A stretch of 11,352 nt of DNA, taken from Acidobacteriota bacterium. Lineage in GTDB: Bacteria; Acidobacteriota; Vicinamibacteria; Vicinamibacterales; Fen-181. Shown here in pieces: positions 1 to 6,486 of this stretch. Under the pieces are notes generated by a model. The model saw nothing but the letters and a program-made list of their open reading frames with translations. It was not told where the DNA came from and did not search any database. The DNA is taken from contig PMZR01000104.1 of NCBI GenBank assembly GCA_003170135.1, positions 1,183-12,534 of the forward strand. The letters run 5' to 3'. Within the stretch, counting starts at the first letter, position 1, and each line of letters opens with the position of its first letter. A program made the position numbers and the translations under genes.

Positions 1-107
1 TCGTCGAGGGCCGCGGCTGCGCCTGTGCTCGCGCGAGCGCTCGCGGAGAGGGTGCAGCAGCGAAGGCAACCGCGTGGAACTTCCGCTGCGGGTCCGGATC
101 GCAGCAG

Positions 108-320
108 ACAAAGCGGCGCATCACCGAACGAGCCGTGCGGAGCAATCGGCGCGCGAAACCGGAACACGACGAGCGCTTGGCGCCGTTTTTCCCGGCGCAG
201 CGCGTAGCGGTCGAGCAAGCGCGGGTAGCGCCAGCCGGACACCGAGATCCGGAAAACGGCGCAACGCGAGGAGTGTTCCCCGATTGCGGCGCCGGCTCGG
301 AAGGTGATGCGCCGCTTTGT
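108..320. repeat. Long imperfect palindrome of about 213 bp. The termini are a perfect 18-bp inverted repeat: ACAAAGCGGCGCATCACC at 108-125 and its reverse complement at 303-320.
   Basis: Aligned by hand. Beyond the 18-bp termini, the arms (108-195 vs 249-320) share ordered inverted blocks: CGAGCCG (129-135 / 293-299), CAATCGG (143-149 / 280-286), GGAACAC (161-167 / 273-279) and GCGCCGTTTT(T)CCGG (180-195 / 249-263). The central region of about 50 bp is not symmetric. The element lies 60 nt downstream of the PBP stop codon. Confidence 0.7.
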
Positions 321-379
321 GCGCGCCTCGGGATCGCCGCGGGTCTGCGCCGACGAAACTCGTTTCCGCGGTCGCGAGC

Positions 380-2746
380 TTACTTGTCCTTCTTCTTCCC
401 AATCCCGAAAAGCTTCGACCAGAAGCTGCGCTTCTTCTTGGGCTGCTGCGCGCGCCCCTGGTCCGAAGGCGGCTGCCCCGCCGTCGCCGCAGGCGACGTC
501 GCCTGCCCGGGCCCGGGCGCGGGTGCCGGTGGGACAGCCGATTCCGGCACCGGCTGCAGGCCCGAGGCCGTGCCGCCGAACAACCCGACAATGCGGTTGA
601 GGATCGACGACCCGCCGTGCAACGCGCACGTCTGGGTGGGCTCGGTGCCGCGGGCAAAGTACTCGTAGTAGGCCATCGAGCGCACGTCGATCTCGCCCGC
701 CTTGGTCACCACCGGCACGCGCTCGCAGCCGTCCACCGCGAGCTTGCCCGACAGCCGGCACACTCGGGCCGACACGACGCCCGCCGGGACCGGGTACCAC
801 TGCGGCTTGTCGCTGGCGGTCGCGGCCTTCATGAAACGCGTCCACAGCGGCACCGCGACGTCGCCCGCGTAGCCGTTCTTGAGAATCGTCCGCGGCTGGT
901 CGTAGCCCACCCAGACGCCGGCCAGGATCCGGGGCGTGAACCCGATGAACCAGGCGTCGTTGTACCCGTTGGTCGTGCCCGTCTTACCCGCGGCCGGCAG
1001 CAGGAACCCCATCGCCCGCGCCTTGTTCGCCGTGCCCGCGTCGATGACGTCGGCCAGCATCTGCTCCATCAGGAAGGCGTTCGTCTCGGAGAGCACCCGG
1101 CTCGACTCGTCGGGCACCGCGAAGAGCACCTGGCCGTCCCGATCCTCGACGCGGCGGATCATGAAGCTCTTGCGTGCGATGCCGCTGTCGGCAAACGGCA
1201 CGTAGGCGGTGGCGAGCGCGAGCAGCGTCACCTCGCCCGAGCCGAGCGCCAGCGACGGCACGTCGGGCAGCGCGCCGATGCCGGCGCTCTTCGCGTAGCC
1301 GATCGTCTTCTGGACGCCCACCTGCTGGAGCAACCGCACGGCCGCGCGGTTGCTCGACGTGCGCAGGCCGGTGCGCAGCGTCATCGAATCGGTCTCCAGG
1401 TGCTCGTCTTCGGGCATCCACTCGCCCTGCTCGGTCAGCACCGGATCGTCCAGGTGCTCGATGAGCGTGGCCGGCGTGAAGCCCGACTCGAGCGCCTCGG
1501 CGTAGACGAACGGCTTGAAGGCGGACCCGGGCTGTCGCTTCGCCTGCACCGCGCGATTGAACTCGTCCGCGTGGGACTTTGACGCAGCCGGGCGTGCGGC
1601 GAGGCTGGCCGCATCGGCCTGGCGGCCCCCGACCATCGCGCGCACGGCGCCGGTCTGCGGGTCGATGGCCACCAGGGCGGCCTGCAGCGGCTCATCCGGC
1701 TCGGCGGTCTTCGTCCGCTTCACGGCCGCGGCCCGCCTCGCGTCCAGGTCGCGCAGCGACTCCTCAACGGCGCCCTCGGCCGCGCGTTGCATGGCCGGGT
1801 CGAACGTCGTGTAGACGCGCAGCCCGCCTTCGTACACGCGCTGCCACCCGAACCGGCCGACCAGTTCGCGCCGCACCTGCTCCTTGAAGTACTGGCCAAA
1901 CCCGCTGTCGTTCGCCTCGAGTGCGTCGTGCAGAACGAGCGGCTCCTGCCGGCTCTGTTGCGAGTCTGCCCGGCTGAGCTTGTTCGTGTCGCACATCGCC
2001 TGCAGCACGACGTTGCGCCGCGCCACGGCGCGGGCCGGGCTGATCGTCGGCGCATAGGCCGAAGGCGACTTCACCAGGCCGGCGATGAGCGCCGATTCGG
2101 CCACGTCGAGATCCGATGCGTGCTTGCCGAAATAGCCGAGCGACGCGGCTTCCACGCCGTAGAGGCCGCCGCCGAAATAGATCCGGTTCAGGTACATCTC
2201 GAGGATTTGCTTTTTCGAGAACATCCTTTCCAGGCGCGCTGCCAGCAGCAGTTCGGCCACCTTGCGCCGGATCGTCTTGTCGGGGGTCAGGAAGCTCTGC
2301 CGTGCGAGCTGCTGCGTGATGGTGCTGCCGCCCTGGGCCGCTCGTTTGTGGCGGAGGTTGGCAACAACGGCGCCCGCGATCCGCGTCAGGTCGAAGCCGT
2401 GATGCTCGAAGAACCGCTGATCTTCGATGGCCACGATCGCATCGATGAGACGGGGCGACATCCGCGCGATCGGAATCTCGATCCGCTGTTCCTTGAAAAT
2501 CGTGAACACCGGGCGGTCGCCAGCGTCGTAGAGGGTGCTGGCCTGGGCCATCACCGCGGTCTGCCTGAGCGTGTCGGAACCGGGAAGTGAGGACGCGACG
2601 TTGTACGTAAATGCGACGCCCCAACCGATCGCGCAAAGGACGACGAACGCGTAGGCCGCGGCAGCGCCGACAACGAGGCGCGGATGTGCCCGGTAAACCG
2701 CGCGAACGCGGCTGAGGTTGGTGTGAAGCCGGTGAGATAAGGACAT
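380..2746 (-). CDS. mrcA: Class A penicillin-binding protein (PBP1A-type bifunctional glycosyltransferase/transpeptidase)
   Basis: ORF of 788 aa. It has an N-terminal TM segment (LVVGAAAAYAFVVLCAIGWGVAF). GT51 motifs are EDQRFFEHHG, GGSTITQQLAR and RKVAE. Transpeptidase motifs are SAFK (SxxK), SSN (SxN) and KTGTT (KTG). GC3 is high throughout. The C-terminus is a Pro/Ala-rich low-complexity tail. Confidence 0.93.
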   Translation of the reverse strand: MSLSHRLHTNLSRVRAVYRAHPRLVVGAAAAYAFVVLCAIGWGVAFTYNVASSLPGSDTLRQTAVMAQASTLYDAGDRPVFTIFKEQRIEIPIARMSPRLIDAIVAIEDQRFFEHHGFDLTRIAGAVVANLRHKRAAQGGSTITQQLARQSFLTPDKTIRRKVAELLLAARLERMFSKKQILEMYLNRIYFGGGLYGVEAASLGYFGKHASDLDVAESALIAGLVKSPSAYAPTISPARAVARRNVVLQAMCDTNKLSRADSQQSRQEPLVLHDALEANDSGFGQYFKEQVRRELVGRFGWQRVYEGGLRVYTTFDPAMQRAAEGAVEESLRDLDARRAAAVKRTKTAEPDEPLQAALVAIDPQTGAVRAMVGGRQADAASLAARPAASKSHADEFNRAVQAKRQPGSAFKPFVYAEALESGFTPATLIEHLDDPVLTEQGEWMPEDEHLETDSMTLRTGLRTSSNRAAVRLLQQVGVQKTIGYAKSAGIGALPDVPSLALGSGEVTLLALATAYVPFADSGIARKSFMIRRVEDRDGQVLFAVPDESSRVLSETNAFLMEQMLADVIDAGTANKARAMGFLLPAAGKTGTTNGYNDAWFIGFTPRILAGVWVGYDQPRTILKNGYAGDVAVPLWTRFMKAATASDKPQWYPVPAGVVSARVCRLSGKLAVDGCERVPVVTKAGEIDVRSMAYYEYFARGTEPTQTCALHGGSSILNRIVGLFGGTASGLQPVPESAVPPAPAPGPGQATSPAATAGQPPSDQGRAQQPKKKRSFWSKLFGIGKKKDK

Positions 2747-3010
2747 GAAGTCGCCGTTTCAGGTGGCAACTGACGTGCCATCCGATCGGCCTAACGTATT
2801 GGGGCAGAACGCGTAGGCGACCTCGCGCGGCTGGCCTTGCACTCATCCGGCCATTTCCGCGGATTCCCTGATTCGACCGACATCCGGTGTCTGGAATTGC
2901 GGCGGGTCCAGGCGTCTGGTCGGAGAATCGCGCCCGCCAGAAACGTCGTCGACGTGACGATCTCGCGCGGCCCGGGTCTTGCTGATCCCCGACCAAGGAG
3001 GTCTCTTATC

Positions 3011-3358
3011 GTGTTTCGGGTCATCGCATTCGTCGCAGGGGTGGCAGCTGGGGTTGCGTTGCTCCTGTTCGTGATCGCCAGCATGTCGGTCCCAACGCCG
3101 GCTTTCGCCAAGGCGGCGGATGGCCCGCCGTCCCCGCCGCAGCAGGAATCGGGGAGAGTCTTTGCTCATCCGGACGATCTGCAGGGCATGACGTCGCTCG
3201 GCGACGAGGACGACCCGAACGATGGGTCGCAGATGGATCTCGAAGGGAACGAAGTCACGCCGGCGCTGGCGAAATACCGGTTCGACGCGCAGGGAAACAT
3301 CTACGAGACCCACGCGCCGCACACCGAGGTGCCGCACCTGGGTTCGCCGACGCTGTAA
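3011..3358 (+). CDS. Small hypothetical secreted or membrane-anchored acidic protein (115 aa from GTG 3011)
   Basis: AGGAGG at 2996-3001 lies 9 nt upstream of GTG 3011, in frame with the 2837..3358 ORF. The N-terminus (VFRVIAFVAGVAAGVALLLFVIASMSVPTPAFA/KA) looks like a Sec signal with an AxA site. The rest is acidic (DEDDPNDGSQMDLEGNE). GC3 is high. I recognise no family. Confidence 0.55.
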   Translation: MFRVIAFVAGVAAGVALLLFVIASMSVPTPAFAKAADGPPSPPQQESGRVFAHPDDLQGMTSLGDEDDPNDGSQMDLEGNEVTPALAKYRFDAQGNIYETHAPHTEVPHLGSPTL

Positions 3359-3362
3359 GAGA

Positions 3363-3502
3363 GTGCGACGTGCGAAGTGCGGTGCTTGTGCGCCGCGCAC
3401 TCCGCGCTAGCTGCCGGGCACGGCGCACCTCGCACGCACCTTGCACCCAGCAGTCAGCACCGCACCTCGCACCCCGCACTACGCACCCCGCACGCCGCAC
3501 TA
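3363..3502. repeat. Composite inverted heptamer element: GTGCGNN x3 (3363-3383), a GTGCGC-c-GCGCAC palindrome (3388-3400), then CGCACNN units (3424-3437 and a strictly 7-bp phased run of six at 3461-3502).
   Basis: CGCAC starts at 3461, 3468, 3475, 3482, 3489 and 3496, exactly 7 bp apart. GTGCG starts at 3363, 3370 and 3377. The two arrays are reverse complements of each other. The element lies between convergent genes and begins 4 nt after the stop at 3356-3358. Confidence 0.85.
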
Positions 3503-3524
3503 TTTCCCCCCGTACACACAACAG

Positions 3525-3558
3525 GCGCGAGCCGCGAATTCCGATCGCGGCAACGCGC
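3525..3558. terminator. GC-rich hairpin, a candidate bidirectional terminator between convergent genes
   Basis: The structure is GCGCG-a-GCCGCGA [attccga] TCGCGGC-aa-CGCGC, giving 12 paired bases with a 7-nt loop. On the minus strand it is followed by CTGTTGTGTGT, which is U-rich but not a clean U-tract. On the plus strand there is no T-run. Confidence 0.3.
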
Positions 3559-3575
3559 CCTGGTTGAATCCCGAC

Positions 3576-3617
3576 AGCCAAAGGCCAAAGGCCTAAGGCC
3601 AAAGGCCAAAGACCAAG
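3576..3617. repeat. Heptamer tandem array, GGCCAAA-type, 6 units
   Basis: The units are AGCCAAA GGCCAAA GGCCTAA GGCCAAA GGCCAAA GACCAAG. The array ends 7 nt from the stop codon of the gamma-subunit gene (3625-3627). Confidence 0.85.
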
Positions 3618-3624
3618 AGCCCTC

Positions 3625-4188
3625 CTACACCGCCACTCCCTTCGCCTTCAGCGCCTCCAGCCCGGCCTCGTAGCCGCGGCGGAACGCCTTCAGGTTCAGG
3701 TCATGCGTGCCCGGCGGCACCGAATCGATGACGGACTGCTCGAGCGCCTTGAGCGGCACCAACTGGCTGACCGCGCCGAAGAACCCCACCGCCACGATGT
3801 TCAGCACGATCTTGCGGCCGATCTCCTCCGCGATGCGCGTGGCCGGTACCGCGAAATGCCGGTCCGACGCGACATCGGGCCCGACCTTCACCAGCTCGGC
3901 CTCGGTCACCAGCAGGCCGCCCTTCTTCAGCCGGGGCGCGAAGCGCGCGTAGGCGTCCTGCGACAGCACGACCAGCATGTCGAGGTCCCCGACATAGGGA
4001 TAGTTGATCGGCTCGTCGGACACGATGAGTTCCGCGCTCGACGAGCTGCCGCGTGCCTCCGGGCCGAAGCTCTGGATGAGCGTAGCGTTCAGCCCCCCGT
4101 GGATTGCGGCCGCGCGGCCGATGATGATGGCGCTCAGGATGACGCCCTGCCCGCCGAAGCCGCCGATTCTGATTTGAGTCTCCGCCAT
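3625..4188 (-). CDS. korC: 2-oxoacid:ferredoxin oxidoreductase, gamma subunit
   Basis: The protein is 187 aa. The N-terminus IRIGGFGGQGVILSAIIIGRAA... and overall length are typical of OFOR gamma subunits. ATG 4188 is preceded by GGAG with a 9-nt spacer. It is the last gene of a delta-alpha-beta-gamma cluster. The symbol reflects assumed 2-oxoglutarate specificity, which is inferred only from gene order. Confidence 0.88.
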   Translation of the reverse strand: MAETQIRIGGFGGQGVILSAIIIGRAAAIHGGLNATLIQSFGPEARGSSSSAELIVSDEPINYPYVGDLDMLVVLSQDAYARFAPRLKKGGLLVTEAELVKVGPDVASDRHFAVPATRIAEEIGRKIVLNIVAVGFFGAVSQLVPLKALEQSVIDSVPPGTHDLNLKAFRRGYEAGLEALKAKGVAV

Positions 4189-4210
4189 ATGTTGATGCTC
4201 CGACTGAAAA

Positions 4211-4224
4211 GGCCTAAGGCCAAA
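4211..4224. repeat. Short heptamer array, GGCCTAA GGCCAAA (2 units)
   Basis: It has the same unit and orientation as 3576-3617. It lies in the 40-bp beta/gamma intercistronic gap, 4 nt from the beta stop codon (4229-4231). Confidence 0.6.
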
Positions 4225-4228
4225 GAAG

Positions 4229-5083
4229 CTAGGCGAGGCGCTTGTATCGATCGCCGAGCTTCTTCGACAAATGCGCGTCCATCGCTTCCTGCCACGTCTG
4301 CCGGTCGCGGTCCACGAACTTGCCGACGACGATCGGGCCGTCGATCGCGAGATCGCAGTCCTTCGTGCTCGCGCCGTTCTTGATCTGGCTGCGCTTCTTG
4401 TAGTCCTTCAGCTCGTCCAGCCCGTCGCCGCGGTGGTTGCGCCGGCCGTAGAGCGTCGGGCAGGGCGACAGGATCTCGATGAACGAGAAGCCCTTCTTGC
4501 TGATGGCCTCGCGCATCGCCTTCTTCAGCTGCGTCACGTGGTACACGGTCCAGCGCGCCACGTACACGGCGCCGCTCGACTCGGCCAGGTACGGCAGGTT
4601 GAAGGGCTGCTCGAAGTTCCCGTACGGGCTCGTCGACGCGATCGCGTCCTCGGGCGTCGTCGGGGTGACCTGGCCGCCGGTCATCCCGTAGGTCAGGTTG
4701 TTGACGCAGACGATCGTCATGTCCACGTTGCGGCGCGCCGCGTGGATGAAATGGTTGCCGCCGATGGCCGTCAGGTCGCCGTCGCCGCTGTACACCACGA
4801 CCTTCAGCTCGGGATTGGACAGCTTCAGGCCGGTCGCAAACGGGATGGCGCGGCCGTGCGTCGTGTGGAACGAATCGAGCTTCGCATAACCCGCCACGCG
4901 GCCCGTGCAGCCGATGCCCGAGACGATGGCGAGCTTGTCCAGATCCAACCCGCACTCGTCGATGGCGCGGGCGAAGCAGTTGACCGTGGTCCCGATGCCG
5001 CAGCCGGGGCACCAGATGTGCGGGATCCGATCGGTCCGAAGAAACCGTTCGACGGGGTTTTCCATGACGACAGAACCGGTCAT
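4229..5083 (-). CDS. korB: 2-oxoacid:ferredoxin oxidoreductase, beta (thiamine diphosphate-binding) subunit
   Basis: Motifs are WCPGCGIG and GIGCTGR, plus the TPP motif GDGD...NN (YSGDGDLTAIGGNHFIHAARRNVDMTIVCVNNLTYGMTGGQ). I place the start at ATG 5083, with GGAGG 7 nt upstream, giving 284 aa. The ORF-track start at 5146 adds 21 codons that read through the heptamer repeat. Confidence 0.92.
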   Translation of the reverse strand: MTGSVVMENPVERFLRTDRIPHIWCPGCGIGTTVNCFARAIDECGLDLDKLAIVSGIGCTGRVAGYAKLDSFHTTHGRAIPFATGLKLSNPELKVVVYSGDGDLTAIGGNHFIHAARRNVDMTIVCVNNLTYGMTGGQVTPTTPEDAIASTSPYGNFEQPFNLPYLAESSGAVYVARWTVYHVTQLKKAMREAISKKGFSFIEILSPCPTLYGRRNHRGDGLDELKDYKKRSQIKNGASTKDCDLAIDGPIVVGKFVDRDRQTWQEAMDAHLSKKLGDRYKRLA

Positions 5084-5105
5084 TACAATGCCTCCGCTGG
5101 CTGAA

Positions 5106-5249
5106 GTGCGAGGTGCGACGTGCGAGGTGCGAGGTGCGTCAGACACCCCGCAGCCGCTTCGCGCCTTGCACTACCGCACGCCCCACTCCGCACTGTGCAC
5201 GTCGCACATCGCACCGCACTTCGCACTCCGCACGTCGCACTCCGCACTT
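5106..5249. repeat. Composite inverted heptamer element: GTGCGNN x5 (5106-5140), a 26-nt spacer, then about 12 NGCACNN units (5167-5249)
   Basis: The first array reads GTGCGAG GTGCGAC GTGCGAG GTGCGAG GTGCGTC. After the spacer, NGCAC starts at 5167, 5175, 5182, 5189, 5196, 5203, 5210, 5215, 5222, 5229, 5236 and 5243. The element fills the 164-bp alpha/beta intercistronic gap and overlaps the alpha stop codon (5248-5250). Confidence 0.9.
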
Positions 5250-6402
5250 ATCCCAGCGCTTCCGCGATCGCATCGGCGATGGTCGCCGGGTTGTGAACGG
5301 TCCCGCCGGCGTGCGGCACCGAGATGACGCGCGTCGACCGCGCGCAGCGTTCGACTTCGCGGACCATCTGCCCCAGGTTGAGTTCGGGCACCACGAACGC
5401 CTTCACCGACGGCGCGATCGCGCGGATGCGCTCTTCGGGGAACGGCCACACCGTGCGCAGGCGAAGCAACCCGATCTTGCGGCCGCGCTTGCGCATCTGC
5501 GCGATGGCCGGCAGCACCACGCGCGACGTGATGCCGTAGGCGATGACGACCACGTCGGCGCCTTCGACGCCGTCCTCGACGACGTCGGTCAGGTCCGCCG
5601 TGTGCTTGGTGATCTTCTCGGTCAGCCGGCGCAGCAGGCGCGCCTGGCCGGGCGCGTTCATGTCCGGGTAGCCGCGCTCGTCGTGCGTCAGGCCCGTGAT
5701 GTGGAAGCGGTAGCCCGTGCCCGCCTTCGCCATATCCGGCACGCCATCCTCACCGGCCGCGTAGGGCTGGTACTCGCCCTGCGCGGCGGTCGTGTAGCGC
5801 CGGGGGTAGATCTCGATGTCGGTGGGCGCCGGGATGACCACGCGCTCCATCATGTGGCCGACGCATTCGTCCATCATCACGATCGCCGGTGAACGGTAGC
5901 GCTCGGAGAGGTTGAAGGCCTTGATGGTGAGATCGAAGCATTCCTGCGGCGAGTTGGGCGAGACGGCGATGATCTGGTAGTCGCCGTGCGAGCCCCACTT
6001 GGCCTGCATCATGTCGGCCTGCGCCGGCAGCGTCGGCAGCCCCGTGGACGGTCCGCCGCGCTGGACGTTGACGAACACGCACGGCGTCTCGGTCATGACG
6101 GCGTAGCCGAGGTGCTCCATCATCAGCGAGAAGCCGGGGCCCGAGGTCACGGTCATCGCTTTCTGACCGCCCCAGGCCGCGCCCGCGATCGCGATCGAGG
6201 ACGCCAGTTCGTCCTCCATCTGGATGAAGACGCCGCCCACTTCGGGAAAGCGCCACGCGATGCGTTCGACGACTTCGGTCGAAGGCGTGATCGGGTAGCC
6301 GGCGACGAAGCGGCAGCCGGCGGCCAGCGCTCCTTCGCAACACGCGTGATCGCCGTCGATGAAATGCGCGCCCGTCAGGACGCCAGCCGGATCGGCATGC
6401 AT
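5248..6402 (-). CDS. korA: 2-oxoacid:ferredoxin oxidoreductase, alpha subunit
   Basis: The protein is 384 aa. The N-terminal signature is GDHACCEGALAAGCRFVAGYPITPSTEV. The length matches alpha subunits of four-subunit enzymes. ATG 6402 is preceded by GAGG with a 7-nt spacer. Confidence 0.92.
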   Translation of the reverse strand: MHADPAGVLTGAHFIDGDHACCEGALAAGCRFVAGYPITPSTEVVERIAWRFPEVGGVFIQMEDELASSIAIAGAAWGGQKAMTVTSGPGFSLMMEHLGYAVMTETPCVFVNVQRGGPSTGLPTLPAQADMMQAKWGSHGDYQIIAVSPNSPQECFDLTIKAFNLSERYRSPAIVMMDECVGHMMERVVIPAPTDIEIYPRRYTTAAQGEYQPYAAGEDGVPDMAKAGTGYRFHITGLTHDERGYPDMNAPGQARLLRRLTEKITKHTADLTDVVEDGVEGADVVVIAYGITSRVVLPAIAQMRKRGRKIGLLRLRTVWPFPEERIRAIAPSVKAFVVPELNLGQMVREVERCARSTRVISVPHAGGTVHNPATIADAIAEALG

Positions 6403-6429
6403 GTAGTACCTCGCAGGACGGGAAGACTC

Positions 6430-6485
6430 GGCTCTCGGCCTTTGGCCTTGGGCCTTTGGCTTTCGGGCTTAGGCCTAAGGCCTTC
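6430..6485. repeat. Heptamer tandem array, GGCCTTT-type, about 8 units. It is inverted relative to 3576-3617 and 4211-4224.
   Basis: The units are GGCTCTC GGCCTTT GGCCTTG GGCCTTT GGCTTTC GGGCTTA GGCCTAA GGCCTTC. The array ends 1 nt from the delta stop codon (6487-6489) and fills most of the 84-bp delta/alpha gap. Confidence 0.85.
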
Positions 6486-6486
6486 T

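Noticed and set aside
1-379. Possible partial CDS at the left edge. A minus-strand open frame running off the window has high GC3, and there are plus-strand ORFs at 25..207, 74..307 and 135..668.
   Set aside because: No frame gives a recognisable protein. The first plausible start in the open minus frame (GTG at about 238) leaves an Arg-rich product with no recognisable motifs. The high GC3 on both strands is explained by the inverted-repeat structure at 108-320. I leave it unannotated, and contig extension could overturn this.
317-2996. Long ORFs overlapping the PBP gene (317..1582 +, 1787..2590 +, 1764..2996 -, 984..1421 - and others)
   Set aside because: All are antisense or off-frame relative to a CDS carrying complete GT51 and transpeptidase motifs. 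Their products are Arg-rich and low-complexity, with no family signatures.
2837-3010. Upstream 58 codons of the 2837..3358 ORF
   Set aside because: There is no SD before ATG 2837 and the segment is Arg-rich. A perfect AGGAGG sits 9 nt before the in-frame GTG 3011, which starts a signal-peptide-like sequence.
4134-5104. ORFs 4134..5012 (-) and 4271..5104 (+) overlapping korB
   Set aside because: They are off-frame or antisense shadows of the beta-subunit gene, whose frame carries the TPP-binding motif. Their products are Arg/Asp/Gly-rich with no motifs.
5084-5146. N-terminal extension of korB (MSDAPRTSHVAPRTSASGGIV) and a similar extension of korD (6721..6810)
   Set aside because: The extensions translate heptamer repeats and palindromes, giving periodic 'PRTSH'-type peptides. 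They also lack an SD, whereas the internal ATGs at 5083 and 6720 begin the conserved parts. ATG 5083 has a strong GGAGG.
3363-6485. Possibility that the repeat arrays are CRISPR arrays
   Set aside because: The units are 7 bp and directly tandem, with no spacers. Arrays are 14-85 bp long. There are no cas genes and no leader. This is not CRISPR architecture.
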